The notes: a model not told the origin generated them from the letters alone. Positions 40,636-51,767 are shown, counted from the stretch's first letter. The stretch: DNA of 64,000 nt from an uncultured Nitrososphaeria archaeon (GCA_964529905.1 CAZGXJ010000003.1:2245-66244); one strand, 5' to 3'. Program-made: numbers and translations.

Positions 40636-40947
40636 ATGAGGATCAGGATCATATACGTAACTATAGGTCTTAGGGATGCACCCCGTTTCTCTAGAGAACT
40701 GGTGGAGAGGAGGTTGGCCGCCTGTGTAAATATAGTGAGAGTTACCTCGATTTATAGATGGAAGGGGGAAGTGGAGGAGGATGAGGAAGCTCTATTAATT
40801 ATCAAGACTTTTGAAGATAGGGTTGAGGAGTTGAAGAGATATATCCTTGAGAATCATCCATATGAACTTCCCGAATTTATAGTTATTTCCCCATCAGATG
40901 TTTATAAGGAATATGGCGACTGGGTTATTGATTCATGCTCCATATAA
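40636..40947 (+). CDS. cutA: Divalent-cation tolerance protein CutA
   Basis: LVERRLAACVN, SIYRWKG, HPYELPE. Confidence 0.95.
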   Translation: MRIRIIYVTIGLRDAPRFSRELVERRLAACVNIVRVTSIYRWKGEVEEDEEALLIIKTFEDRVEELKRYILENHPYELPEFIVISPSDVYKEYGDWVIDSCSI

Positions 40948-42402
40948 CTATTCCCTTGGTATAAATATGTCATGCGGCCTCAACTCCGATATGCCTTGAG
41001 GCGGTACATAAGCGAATCTCGCTTTGTTCCACATCTCAGGAATATTTTTTGCCCCTACATACCCCATTGCAGCCTGTAGTCCACCGATCAACTCCTTCAC
41101 CACATCTGAGACCCTCCCTCTATATGGTACCCATCCCTCGATACCCTCATCAATATCCTTTGATGGTTTTGAATATCTATCTAGTCCAGCTCTCTTACTC
41201 CTAGCCCTTGCACTACCCATTCCATAATATTCCTTATAATATTTACCCTGTATGGCTATTAACCTTCCAGGACTCTCTTTAGTCCCTGCAAATATGTTCC
41301 CCATCATTACGGCAGATGCTCCTGCGGCTAGGGCTAAGGCTATATCTCCTGTATTCCTTATCCCTCCATCAGCTATTATAGGTATCTCTCCATGTAACCC
41401 AAGTTCCTCTAAAGCTTCAGAAGCCATTATAGTTGCATAGAAGGTGGGTGCAGCGACCTTCGTAACTACGCTCGTAGTACAGATTGAGCCGCTACCCATC
41501 CCAATCCTTAAGCCTGAGACGTTTTCTATCCTTGATAAGGCCTCTAATACACCTTCCTTAGTTCCTAAGTTTCCTATAACTATATCAGCGTTTACATATT
41601 TAGCTAGTTTAGACGTTGCATTGATAACGTTTTCATTGTGGAAATGGGCTACATCTATTACTAGGATATCTACATATCTATCGAGTTTCTTGGCTCTCTC
41701 AATATCATATGGAGATACAGCTGCCCCGACCAATAGCCTTCCCTCCTTATCTCTGCTAGCATTGGGATATCTCCCCCTCAACTCCAGGTCTTTAAATGTT
41801 ATCAAGCCTTTAAGCCTCCAATTATCATCTATAATTGGTAGCTTCTCAATTTTATGTATCTGCATCAACTCCTTAGCCTCATCTATAGAGACTTCATCCT
41901 TCGCAACTATTAATCTATCTCGAGGAGTCATTACATCTCTAATATATAGGTTTTTATCTGAATACCTTACATCCCTCCATGTAACTATACCTACCAACCT
42001 ATCCCCATTCTCGACAACGGGTAATCCATGGATATCCATCCTATTCATAATATTGATTGCCTCTGATACAGTTGTATCTGGTCTAATAACTATTACATCC
42101 CTGATAATCATAGATTCTGCCCTTTTAACCCGTCTAGCCATCTCCACCTGCTCATCAACACTACAATTTCTATGTAGAATACCCAATCCTCCCTCTCTAG
42201 CAAGTGCTATAGCCAAGTCTGGACCTGTAACTGTGTCCATTGGGGATGAGATGAAGGGCAGGTTTATCCTAATATTTTTCGTTACTTTAGTCTCTAAGGA
42301 GATCTCTCTAGGCTCAACATCTGATTTACCAGGCAATAATATAACATCGTTGAATGTATATGCTATAGGCATATTTACAAGTTTGTTTAAAAATCTTCCC
42401 AT
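40948..42402 (-). CDS. guaB: IMP dehydrogenase with CBS pair
   Basis: [36 protein letters not shown]. Confidence 0.97.
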   Translation of the reverse strand: MGRFLNKLVNMPIAYTFNDVILLPGKSDVEPREISLETKVTKNIRINLPFISSPMDTVTGPDLAIALAREGGLGILHRNCSVDEQVEMARRVKRAESMIIRDVIVIRPDTTVSEAINIMNRMDIHGLPVVENGDRLVGIVTWRDVRYSDKNLYIRDVMTPRDRLIVAKDEVSIDEAKELMQIHKIEKLPIIDDNWRLKGLITFKDLELRGRYPNASRDKEGRLLVGAAVSPYDIERAKKLDRYVDILVIDVAHFHNENVINATSKLAKYVNADIVIGNLGTKEGVLEALSRIENVSGLRIGMGSGSICTTSVVTKVAAPTFYATIMASEALEELGLHGEIPIIADGGIRNTGDIALALAAGASAVMMGNIFAGTKESPGRLIAIQGKYYKEYYGMGSARARSKRAGLDRYSKPSKDIDEGIEGWVPYRGRVSDVVKELIGGLQAAMGYVGAKNIPEMWNKARFAYVPPQGISELRPHDIFIPRE

Positions 42403-42646
42403 CTATATCACCAAATATTGATATTATTAATACACTAGACATAGTAGCTATATTAATCTTTCGCTTCAATCTTTTAGAATGTTAATTGATGCCAAACCTA
42501 ATTATATAGTGGATGTGAGAGCACGAGTTATGTATACTCGTTTTTCCGGTTCTATTCAGCATAAAACACCTTTTTAGGATAAGATGGATCACTGTTTTTT
42601 CCTAGCTTTATGTATGGATGTAGGATTTTAGTTTATGGAGGGAATT

Positions 42647-42838
42647 ATGGATGTTGTGGTAAGAATTGATAGAAAGGGACATATATTAATTCCAAGGAAG
42701 ATAAAGGAGGCCTTAGGTATTAAGGAGAGACAGCCTATTAGAGTTAATGTAGTTGGCAATAAGATAGTTTTAACCCCTTTGAAGGATATTGAGGATGTAT
42801 ATTATAACTCTATAGAAGTAGGTCTAGGATTACTTTAA
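42647..42838 (+). CDS. Orphan AbrB/MazE-type antitoxin, possibly truncated
   Basis: VVVRIDRKGHILIPRKIKEALGIKE; no PIN ORF downstream. Confidence 0.65.
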   Translation: MDVVVRIDRKGHILIPRKIKEALGIKERQPIRVNVVGNKIVLTPLKDIEDVYYNSIEVGLGLL

Positions 42839-43510
42839 CTATTTCGTCTAGACTATAGTGAGCTAGGTCTTTTGGGTTGGCAACTTCACTTAACTCTACG
42901 GAGTAGGATAAATCCTCATTCCAAAGGGTAGATCCCATGGCATAGAATACCCTGAACCATTCTATCTACCGCATATTAAGTTCTTGGACCACCATATTCC
43001 CATATCCATAGCGCTCATTATAAGTGGTAACTTAAGTGGTAATTCTTGAGGGACGGCTTAAGATATTATATCATGAAATCGCTACTTCTAGTCTTCCCAA
43101 TACTTTATTATCTCCTACATGAAATCTATCCCTAGGATTTGTGGTCTATAGAAACTAAGTCTCGACGAGTAATGTATAAATCGAGCTTCAACACGGTGAT
43201 CTTATCACATTCAAACTCATATGGATTATTTTGTTTTAGCTAAAAAGATGCTTAAACAAATTATTTATGTAATTATCTGGTTAAAGATGGTTGTCAATCT
43301 TCAATATTTCCAATCTCTAATGGGTTATTCCTACTGGATAGACAGTATGATATAGGAAGATGGTTTGTAAAAATAGAATTAAGTATATCAGTTTGTTATA
43401 TCAATATTTTTAAATATATCGTTTCTAGGAAGGTCTAATAAGCTGTAAATATATTTCTTTTCCTATTTTTTAACCGTTTTATTTATATATTTTTTAGGCC
43501 TTTTTTTTGG

Positions 43511-44314
43511 GTGATGTATTTGGGTATGGTTATTAGGTTTTCAGCTTTTCTCCTTCTTTTAACAATAGTTTTCTTTAGTTTTGGTTATGCTATTTGGTAT
43601 CCATCTATTAGGAGGTATAGACCTGTTATTGGTGGAGTTAAGTATATGTCTGTAAGGGTATATATTGATGGTGATATATCTGAGCCCTATGGGAACTGTA
43701 CTATTGGATATATTGGGAGAGATATGTATGGTAGGAGATATATTGTCTCTGCTTCCCACTGTTTTAACTGGACTAGATCTGGGGTTGGCTGGATATGGAC
43801 CATGCACCAGCCGAAACTATATAGTAATGAGAGGTATGGATATATAGGTAGCCTATCATTTATAAACCAATATGTAGATGCAGCCTTCATATCCCCAATA
43901 ACAAATACAAGAGCAAAAATACTGACAAAACTACCAAGTGGAACACCATACAAAGCAAAAGTAGTAAACTATTACCACATATCAGAAATCAAAAACAATA
44001 TCTTAAAGAATAAAATAATTTTAAAGACTGGATATAGTAGCGGTGTTACTAGAGGTAGTTTCATAGGTTATAGACAAGTTCTATACCTAGCTGGACGGCC
44101 ACTATATTATGTCGTTTTGATCGATATTCCAACACAAGATGGGGATAGCGGTGGGCCTTCATACACCGCTAAATGGGTATTTCAGAGGGGGAGAAGATAC
44201 TATGTATTAAACCTGATAGGGATACTTTCTGCAAATCCCTATTATGCGTGGTTCATATCTGTACATGGTATTGAGTTGATGACAGGCGTTAAACCTATAA
44301 CATATAATGTTTAG
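43511..44314 (+). CDS. Secreted chymotrypsin-like (S1) serine protease
   Basis: Signal peptide, RPVIGG, CTIG, ASHC (His), VDAAF (Asp), GDSGGP (Ser). Confidence 0.88.
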   Translation: MMYLGMVIRFSAFLLLLTIVFFSFGYAIWYPSIRRYRPVIGGVKYMSVRVYIDGDISEPYGNCTIGYIGRDMYGRRYIVSASHCFNWTRSGVGWIWTMHQPKLYSNERYGYIGSLSFINQYVDAAFISPITNTRAKILTKLPSGTPYKAKVVNYYHISEIKNNILKNKIILKTGYSSGVTRGSFIGYRQVLYLAGRPLYYVVLIDIPTQDGDSGGPSYTAKWVFQRGRRYYVLNLIGILSANPYYAWFISVHGIELMTGVKPITYNV

Positions 44315-44317
44315 GGG

Positions 44318-45490
44318 GTGGGATGTGGTATGGAGATAAAATATGTTGTTTTAATATCCCTCCTCATAGGAGTATTATCTTCACCATATCTAGTATATGG
44401 AGTCGATAGGAATAGGTTGGATTATAAAGTTGAGGTATATTTGCTTGATGTAAATAATATCTTCGATAAGTATGGAGATCTATACATACTGAGGAATGAG
44501 TATATTTATCCAGAGAATTTTGTATCGGTTAGTGGACAGATATGGATATCTATCAAGGGTCTAAATGATTGGGATCCAAATGGACATCCATATTTAGAGG
44601 GCTTCACCCTAGATTCAGATATAGGTAATTATTCCGATAACTATTTTTGGAAGAGGATTAGGTGGGATATCTACACATATGTTAAAGACTTGGGATATAG
44701 AGATATCTATGTTGGTATAGCTGGTAATTTAATAGAGATTTCGATTGGCGGAGGGGCTGATCCAAATGACTTATTGAATAACGTTGATGCCATCGGAGAT
44801 ATTTATATGAATTGGATAGGAAAGGCTTTAAAGGCTTTAGAAAGAGAAGGTTTCTATCTACCAATTGATAAATTCCTAGATGGTATAAATAATAGAATTA
44901 GGATAGTTATATTAGAGACGCCTTTCAAAAGATATACGGATAATTTCTCCCTGGATCTCGAACATATCTCAATAACGGATCCCTCAAATATCTATCCAAA
45001 ATATGGATTTATTATCCAGGCAATGGGTCCGGAGACATACTTCGGCGTATATTCGATTGAGATACCTGTGGCATGTGTAGATCCAACATTTAACGTGGAA
45101 TATAATCTATCATCTATAACCGATATACTTGGAAGTATAAGGGAGATAAAAAATGCCTTGTTTGGATATGAAAAGGAGGTTATCATAATACCCACTAAGA
45201 AATGCTATAACGGAAATCCATTTACAGGTCCCGGCTCGGAGGATATAGAAAATAGGGCGAAGGATATAGAACTTTATAAACCTATCCTAGTGAAAGTTAT
45301 TAATTATGGATATGTAGTAGATACCCCAGTAGAGACTAAAGATTCTACTAAAGACTTAATGGATCAAAAACCAAAAGCCGACATAGACATGTCTCAAATA
45401 AAATGGGGTTTAGAATTATTTTTAGCTAGTATAATAGGAATAACTGGATTAATAATCATATTAATATACATATTTAAATCTAAGGGGTAA
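44318..45490 (+). CDS. Hypothetical surface-anchored protein
   Basis: Signal peptide, acidic body, C-terminal TM helix then KSKG; starts 3 bp after the protease stop. Confidence 0.75.
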   Translation: MGCGMEIKYVVLISLLIGVLSSPYLVYGVDRNRLDYKVEVYLLDVNNIFDKYGDLYILRNEYIYPENFVSVSGQIWISIKGLNDWDPNGHPYLEGFTLDSDIGNYSDNYFWKRIRWDIYTYVKDLGYRDIYVGIAGNLIEISIGGGADPNDLLNNVDAIGDIYMNWIGKALKALEREGFYLPIDKFLDGINNRIRIVILETPFKRYTDNFSLDLEHISITDPSNIYPKYGFIIQAMGPETYFGVYSIEIPVACVDPTFNVEYNLSSITDILGSIREIKNALFGYEKEVIIIPTKKCYNGNPFTGPGSEDIENRAKDIELYKPILVKVINYGYVVDTPVETKDSTKDLMDQKPKADIDMSQIKWGLELFLASIIGITGLIIILIYIFKSKG

Positions 45491-45748
45491 GGATATGTAA
45501 GCCATACTATTACCCAACATATGACCTATTCATTTTTAGATGTATTCCAAAGAAGTTCCGACAATATGCTGGGGCTCATAAGTGATATAGTAATTTAGTA
45601 TGGAGATAAGATCTAGTTTCCAATTGGGAGATAGCACATTTAATAATCTAAAATAATTTTATTCGATGTGAATGAGGGCTAATATACCTTGTTGAATATA
45701 TCCAGTAGTCTATCCAAACTGTATAAGTAATTCTAACCATCATATATG

Positions 45749-45779
45749 TTTTAGAGACGATGGCTCTAAAATCGAATTC
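45749..45779 (+). repeat. Repeated palindromic site, copy A
   Basis: ttttAGAG-acgatgg-CTCTaaaa; matches YAGAGAC-N8-TAA and ATTC at motif positions 25-28. Confidence 0.5.
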
Positions 45780-46230
45780 CCAATAAAAAAATCTCCGCCT
45801 TATCCATACTTACTATATCCTACATTTGGATTCTTGAAACTTATAGTAAACCATCAATACATTAATTCATCATCTATATTTTTTAACAAGTGATCCCATC
45901 TTAAGTGGTTAGACTCCCTAACTGTTGCACCCCGTCCTATGAAGTCAGTTGTATATGAAGCTAGAAATATTTATTCTGAGAATATTTCAGGTAAGAGGTT
46001 TGAGTATATATTATAGTGCTAGATAGAATAATTCAGTCATACTAAACAGCTTATCGGGTGGCCCTAACATATTTATTAATATGGTTATTCCCTCTCAATA
46101 TGCATGGAGGTGGATCGGTCTCTACATCTAAGGAATACTAATTGAAATATTCTTATCTAATCTAGAGTTAAGGTTATTTATAGGGTTGAGACTGGGGATA
46201 TTCTTATAGTGAATATCAAATTTATATGAT

Positions 46231-46641
46231 TCATCCTGTCTTAATGTATCCTTTGTATTTAGATTTCATGACTTTATCCTTAAACTTCTCATCAAACGTG
46301 TTAAGAAGGTCTTCTCTATATATCGCTGTAGCTAAATATACCGAGTCATATATAGTTATTCCCAATTCAACCGCCAATTCTAAGGCCTTATCAATTACCT
46401 CTATAGAATTTATTAATTCAATATATCCCACTATATCCTTCATTATCTTAATTAATTCAACCGCCTCATCAATGCTAATCCTTCGATATAGATATACATG
46501 TTTCCAAACCACATTCATAGATTCTGGAATAATTAGATCGGGAGCTATTATCTCTCCAGTATAAAATATCTTTTTAGCTTCATCAAAGAATTCATCTCTC
46601 ACTAAATAACTAGCTAATACCGATGCATCTATTATAGGCAT
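46231..46641 (-). CDS. vapC: VapC PIN-domain toxin
   Basis: IIDASVL, PESMN, ITIYDSVYLATA, TFD. Confidence 0.92.
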   Translation of the reverse strand: MPIIDASVLASYLVRDEFFDEAKKIFYTGEIIAPDLIIPESMNVVWKHVYLYRRISIDEAVELIKIMKDIVGYIELINSIEVIDKALELAVELGITIYDSVYLATAIYREDLLNTFDEKFKDKVMKSKYKGYIKTG

Positions 46642-46874
46642 TACCTCTCCCTATCCTCCCTAATAAGGATCCAGCTAGGCTTTACGCTACCTCTAGATAC
46701 AAACCTTGAGTTTAACTCCTCAACCCTTTTTAAAGCTCTCCTATATAATTCAGCTTTAACCCTCTCCTCAATAAACCTCCTAATCTCCTTACTCCACTCA
46801 ATATCAACTCTCTCCATATCCTCCCTAAGCGACCTAGGTAGTCTAATTGTATATACAACCATATCTTTACCCAT
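46641..46874 (-). CDS. vapB: VapB antitoxin (RHH-type)
   Basis: VYTIRLPRSLREDM, WSKEIRRFIEE, LIREDRE; 1-bp overlap with vapC. Confidence 0.88.
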   Translation of the reverse strand: MGKDMVVYTIRLPRSLREDMERVDIEWSKEIRRFIEERVKAELYRRALKRVEELNSRFVSRGSVKPSWILIREDRER

Positions 46875-47660
46875 ATAAAAACCATAATATGATAAAGTAA
46901 TATAAAAGTGTAATACAAATTTAAAATACCTAAAAACTCAATTTTTGGATCATGAAGATACTGTCATATGCTTATTTCTCCAACATTTGTTAATCATGTA
47001 AAATTAAGGAATAGAAGTTGGAACCACACTAAATTCATGTTCTATTATTATTTTGAATCCTTTTTCTATATGATTATTTTTTATTTTATATGGATTTCCT
47101 CCAAATTATCTTTTTGAGGTTTTCCTTATAAACAATTTGATTTCTTCGAATATCTATGTCGTTCCCCCTATAGATGAAATACTATGGATCTCTTCTCTCC
47201 TGTTATTCATTTCTCATTTATATCACAATTCTCAACCTTTAAAAGTGTTGATTCACATGTTGGGTACACATTCTTTACAAATCCCAACACCTTTCCATCT
47301 ATCTCATGCTTCTTAATAATTAGTTTAATGACCCTTAATACTACTCTCAATTAGGACTCTGATATTAGAATGTTTCTTAGGTAACTCCAATAGATTTACT
47401 TAAATTAAGTTTTTGAATAACTTTATTGAACTATTAATCACATCTCAATTTCATTAGTATAACTCATTTGGATATAATCAAGGAGGACATATATCAATTT
47501 AAACATACCTACTTAAGGGAATGTTAGCCATATTCTCCGTCAGTTTATGAAATAATATCAGGTAGGCATAATCAGGATTATAAGAATTACCATGGTTCGT
47601 CTTATTCTTCCTTTAAATCCAATCCCACCATCTAAATATCATTAACTGCAACATCATATT

Positions 47661-47688
47661 CAGAGACGAGTTCTTTAATATGTTATTT
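47661..47688 (+). repeat. Repeated palindromic site, copy B (weakest)
   Basis: cagagacgagttctttaatatgttattt; 20 of 27 ungapped identities to copy C by hand count. Confidence 0.4.
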
Positions 47689-48005
47689 AGTAAGTTCCTT
47701 TAATTGCCAACTCCTCATTTAATCAACTAATTTAAGCCAGTATATTAGTATTCTTGTATACTCAGTTGTCTCAGGAGATCCTAAAGTTGTAAAACATAAC
47801 CAGGAGGTTTCTTAATATCCTGGCTGCCTTTTTAGTTAGATCTGGATGGCTCCGATATACTTTTCATCTTCTTCTATTATCCTAGTTATTATATATGCTC
47901 TACAGATATCTCACCATAGACTTTGGTCAGATATGGAGGCCATCATTGTATCTTCATCGAAGTTAAATCCCTATAATGTTTTTAACCTAGGTTAGTCTTC
48001 CCTCC

Positions 48006-48455
48006 TCATATCTCTATCTCTTTTAGAAACCTAACCCCAAGCCTCCTCAACTCATCTAAAACTGGCTCCATCTCCTTCTCAACACTCCTAAAAACTGGTG
48101 TGGCTTTGAGCCTCTCAGCTGCGGCGATAACATAGCAGTCTGATAAAGCTATGTGTAGGAGCTTCTTTAACTCTCCCGCTCTAACAATTATTTCATCTTC
48201 CATATCGATCACTTTAGCCTTTGCCTTAACCCACTCAACATAGTTTAATGCCTCATCATTTGGATCATGTATTCCAGCTGCTTCATAGATCTTTGAGGCA
48301 ATATATAGCGTCTCGCTTAACGTAAGAGGGGTTATGAGTAGTTCTACCTCTCCTGCCGTCGACCTATTAAATATCTCGTCCACTTTAGGTCTATATACTG
48401 ATCTAAGCACTATATATTCTACCAACACACTCGTATCAAGCACCAGTCTCCTCAC
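48006..48455 (-). CDS. vapC: VapC PIN-domain toxin
   Basis: LVLDTSVLVEY, TLSE, IALSDCYVIAAA; GTG start at 48455. Confidence 0.92.
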   Translation of the reverse strand: MRRLVLDTSVLVEYIVLRSVYRPKVDEIFNRSTAGEVELLITPLTLSETLYIASKIYEAAGIHDPNDEALNYVEWVKAKAKVIDMEDEIIVRAGELKKLLHIALSDCYVIAAAERLKATPVFRSVEKEMEPVLDELRRLGVRFLKEIEI

Positions 48456-48687
48456 GCCGTAGCATCCCCCTATACTTCCCCAGCTCAAGACGATACTCTT
48501 CCCCAAGCAACTCATTAACTAATCCGGGGTCTACATCTACCACCTTAGGCTTCAAAGTCCTTATAACTAGCCTGTTCCCCCTAACCTCTATAAGGACCTC
48601 ATCCCCCTCCCTTATACCAACCTTCTCCCTTAGCCTCTTAGGCAATATCAAAACACCCTTCTTCCTGACCTTAAGCACAATCCTCAT
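48436..48687 (-). CDS. vapB: AbrB/MazE-type antitoxin
   Basis: KVRKKGVLILPKRLREKVGIREGD; overlaps vapC. Confidence 0.92.
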   Translation of the reverse strand: MRIVLKVRKKGVLILPKRLREKVGIREGDEVLIEVRGNRLVIRTLKPKVVDVDPGLVNELLGEEYRLELGKYRGMLRREETGA

Positions 48688-48696
48688 AACGATACA

Positions 48697-48732
48697 AAAA
48701 TGTTAAACCATCTATATAAAGTTTACCATTTT
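48697..48732. promoter_or_regulatory. Inverted repeat flanking the TATA box of the TA operon (probable autorepression operator)
   Basis: aaaatgttaaac-N12-gtttaccatttt (11/12 complementary); spacer reads TTTATATA on the minus strand. Confidence 0.6.
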
Positions 48733-49586
48733 CTAAGCTATCCAACTTTTATAAATAGAATAACGATATGGAATTGTCTAACAAACACTGACAAGGGAAG
48801 CACTACCCAATACCTCTGATCCATCATAAGAAAAGGCTAAACCCAACATTAGAACTTCATACTAATAAAATAGATAGAATTATGTAACTCTTCTCTGCCT
48901 TCTACATGGTGCGAAGTCCAACCATACCTGAATCTAGAAGCTTGTAACTCCTCTCTAATAATATTCAAGATAACAGCATTATTATGTTCTGGTGTATGGC
49001 ACTTAGTATTATCTAATTTGTATAAATACCCTCTACCAAGTTTATCCCTAAAACCTCTATCTCCGCTTCACTCCCTAGTTTTATAACCTCTGATATTAAG
49101 AACATATGTCGATATTCTAAGTCTAACAATACTCAAAGCTCCCTTCCCGCCTCCTAAATGATGCTCAAAATTCTTTTAGTCAGCCCTACAGCCCTATACA
49201 TATCGTTAATATTTATGCTAACTATCCAAAATATTCTTAAAGCCGATATTAACTAGAATCACCCTCAACACTTAATAGCCTTAAATGTCTTGTCTGTATA
49301 TCCCCCTCTATAAACAATATAAAAATATTCTTAGATGATTATGTCGAGGAATAAATTTTGAGGCTGGTTTGAGGAAGTTATATATATGGAAACGCGGGAA
49401 TAAAGAATAGTACCTTCCCGTTTCCATTGTTATCTAGCGGATATCCAAGGAAAATTTAAACAAATGGGAGTAAGGAAGTAATATAGATTCAAGAATGACC
49501 TAGTGAAAGCTTGTAACACTTATTAAAACGGTATCTACCTGGAGTTGTTGAAATTGAGATATAAACCGATCCTCGTTTTTGATAAC

Positions 49587-49638
49587 CAGAGACTATATAT
49601 TTAATCATTTATTCATTCTACCGTCTTCTCATCATCCC
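49587..49638 (+). repeat. Repeated site, copy C (52-bp direct repeat with 52307-52358)
   Basis: 47/52 identical to copy E, last 28 nt identical (attcattctaccgtcttctcatcatccc). Confidence 0.9.
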
Positions 49639-49671
49639 TATACAGAATTCTATCTCGTCCCATATCCATGT

Positions 49672-50000
49672 TTATTGGTATTTGCACCAGTAGAATGTCC
49701 TCTCCCCATATATCGACTTGGATTAGAAGATAATATTCTCTCTGTATTCCTCACATTTACCTTTATATTTATTGAAGACTTTTACTGATGGTTTTATCAT
49801 CTTTCTTCTCAGCTTTAGGTCCACCTCAAACTCTAATATTTATCCTATGTCTCTCTGAGAAGTATTTTTAATAGCTAACCAAATGTCATTCCTATATTTA
49901 ACCTTTAGAAAAATGATATTATGTATATCCATTAGTATAACTACATTTATATAATTCATGTCTTTCAAGGATTCTTTGACATCCCAAACCTATGGGGAAG
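49672..50000 (-). pseudogene. Decayed Fpg/Nei glycosylase relic (C-terminal half)
   Basis: 49833-49672 reads EFEVDLKLRRKMIKPSVKVFNKYKGKCEEYRENIIF*SKSIYGERTFYWCKYQ*, aligning with the C-terminus of the intact gene at 53239-54018; upstream fragments WDVKES and YRNDI match WDINEA and LRNEI; 5' limit approximate. Confidence 0.8.
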
Positions 50001-50098
50001 GACTATTTCAGATATATCTCTTCAATCTAATCCCCTTATTTTATCTATAGGTCTATAGCCTGTAATTCGACCCTTCATAAATAATTTACTGAGAAATT

Positions 50099-50491
50099 TT
50101 ATGGGATTATAACCTTAAGTCCAAGGTTTTCGAAGATTGTGTAGTGTCTCTTATCAAAGGTTAGAAGGGGAGCTTGGTATTTAAGAGCTGTAGCTGCAAT
50201 AATTAAATCTGCCTCAGGAATGTTTATTCCTCTAGAGCTAAGCTCTACATCAATCTCTAAAGTCTTCATAATTTGTTCTTGATCTGGCCACACAATATCG
50301 CCTAGAGAATCGAGAATCTTTTTGGCCTTCTCAATATCCCAATTGAGCCTCATATATCCATATAAATACTCATATACAACTGGGAAGGGGATGAGAACCT
50401 GGTTCTCAAGTATATACTTGGATAGCTCCTTTCTGCCTCTGTCCAGAAGTTCTATAAGGAATGAAGTATCTACTACGACCTTCTCAACCAC
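50099..50491 (-). CDS. vapC: VapC PIN-domain toxin
   Basis: VVVDTSFLI, VVYEYLYG, IPEADLIIAATA, LTFDKRHY. Confidence 0.93.
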   Translation of the reverse strand: MVEKVVVDTSFLIELLDRGRKELSKYILENQVLIPFPVVYEYLYGYMRLNWDIEKAKKILDSLGDIVWPDQEQIMKTLEIDVELSSRGINIPEADLIIAATALKYQAPLLTFDKRHYTIFENLGLKVIIP

Positions 50492-50724
50492 CTACCCCTC
50501 TCCCTCTTCTCCTTTACTACCTCAATTAACCGTTCAACATCTGATTCAGACTTCAACTCTCTCCATGCCTCCTCCAATGCCCTTATCTTACCATATCTAT
50601 CATTATTTCTAATTAAGATCATTATAACCTCTTCTAAACTATCTACACCATATTTTCTCTTTAACTCTTTCAATGACTCCACCAACTCCCTATTTACAAG
50701 AATAGTCGTCTTCTCACGTTTCAT
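50473..50724 (-). CDS. vapB: VapB antitoxin (RHH-like)
   Basis: KTTILVNRELVESLKELKRKYGVDSLEEVI; overlaps vapC. Confidence 0.85.
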   Translation of the reverse strand: MKREKTTILVNRELVESLKELKRKYGVDSLEEVIMILIRNNDRYGKIRALEEAWRELKSESDVERLIEVVKEKRERGRWLRRS

Positions 50725-50817
50725 TACATATATAGTTATATCACTATATCAATATATAAATATATCAATACCGAAAGATATGTTAAAGCTTTGATTTTTT
50801 TTCCCATATTTAGAGAT

Positions 50818-50840
50818 TAGAGACTCTATCCATAATTATT
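50818..50840 (+). repeat. Repeated palindromic site, copy D (partial)
   Basis: tagagactctatccataattatt; shares agagactctatc and taat with copy E. Confidence 0.6.
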
Positions 50841-51105
50841 TTTGAGAGTTAGTCCCTTATTTCCTACTATATCTTTTTTATAATGGTAAGTGAGAAAATG
50901 ATCGTAGGGTCCTAATATAAAAGTGTTATAAGTGATTTGGCAAGTTATAGTGGAGGATAACAATACGTTAAGAAGACCAGCCTATTAAAGGAATATGTAG
51001 AACATCGCTTTAACTGTAGGGATAAAATAGCAGACTTCCCAAAATTACCTAGCCTCTTTAAAACAATTTATAATTACTTATAATGATTTAATTAGAACGT
51101 AATTA

Positions 51106-51522
51106 CTATTTCTTCCGTTCCTTGGCTATTATGGATTTAACTGTTTCGTCTAGGTCATAGTAGATTAAGTCGTTTAATATGGCTATTGCTGCATGTATCG
51201 AGTCGAAGAATGTAAGTTCATGGTACTTAAGCCTTAACTCAGCTGCGTAAGCTAATTCCTTCAATCCCAGTGGTGGATACCGTGGCTTGGAGTATCTCGT
51301 AACTATGTTATCTATAGCCTTAAGGGCTTCCTGCACCTCTTTATCTCCGAGACCGTGAGCCCTCATCACGAGTGATAATTCTATAGGGGCCACAGGCGAT
51401 ACATATAGGACGATATCCCTACTCTTAGCCGCCTCCAATATTTTAAGAGCCCATCTATGATACTTATCCTTAGGGTTTAAAGCTATCATAAACCCTGTCT
51501 CGACAAGAACTTTTGGGTTCAC
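51106..51522 (-). CDS. vapC: VapC PIN-domain toxin
   Basis: VLVETGFMIALNPKD..H, PIE, LTFFDSIHAAIA. Confidence 0.88.
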   Translation of the reverse strand: MNPKVLVETGFMIALNPKDKYHRWALKILEAAKSRDIVLYVSPVAPIELSLVMRAHGLGDKEVQEALKAIDNIVTRYSKPRYPPLGLKELAYAAELRLKYHELTFFDSIHAAIAILNDLIYYDLDETVKSIIAKERKK

Positions 51523-51526
51523 TGTT

Positions 51527-51766
51527 TCAACCCTTAACCTCCTTCATAGCCTCCTTCTCAGCGAGTCTTCTCAAGTCCCGCTCAAATGTTAAGTCACCAA
51601 ATATCCTCTCCAACTTTCTAAATGGATCTTCACTTTTCATAAGAATAATTCTACTTCCTTGGATTGAGAGAATCAGCTCCTCCCCCTCCCTAATGCCAAG
51701 AGCATCTCTAACTTCCTTCGGTAGAACTATCCTCCCCCTAGTATCGACGCGCACCCGTGTATACAT
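51527..51766 (-). CDS. vapB: AbrB/MazE-type antitoxin
   Basis: VRVDTRGRIVLPKEVRDALGIREG. Confidence 0.93.
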   Translation of the reverse strand: MYTRVRVDTRGRIVLPKEVRDALGIREGEELILSIQGSRIILMKSEDPFRKLERIFGDLTFERDLRRLAEKEAMKEVKG

Positions 51767-51767
51767 A

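Noticed and set aside
47590..47880. Possible DNA methyltransferase/restriction relic (minus strand IIEEDEKYIGAIQ)
   Set aside because: Too short and degraded to assign without a search
47983..47994. Perfect palindrome taacctaggtta downstream of vapC
   Set aside because: 12-bp palindromes are expected by chance in AT-rich DNA of this length, and it is not repeated
49579..49788. 69-aa plus-strand ORF
   Set aside because: Antisense to the nei relic and spans the repeat; no coding signature
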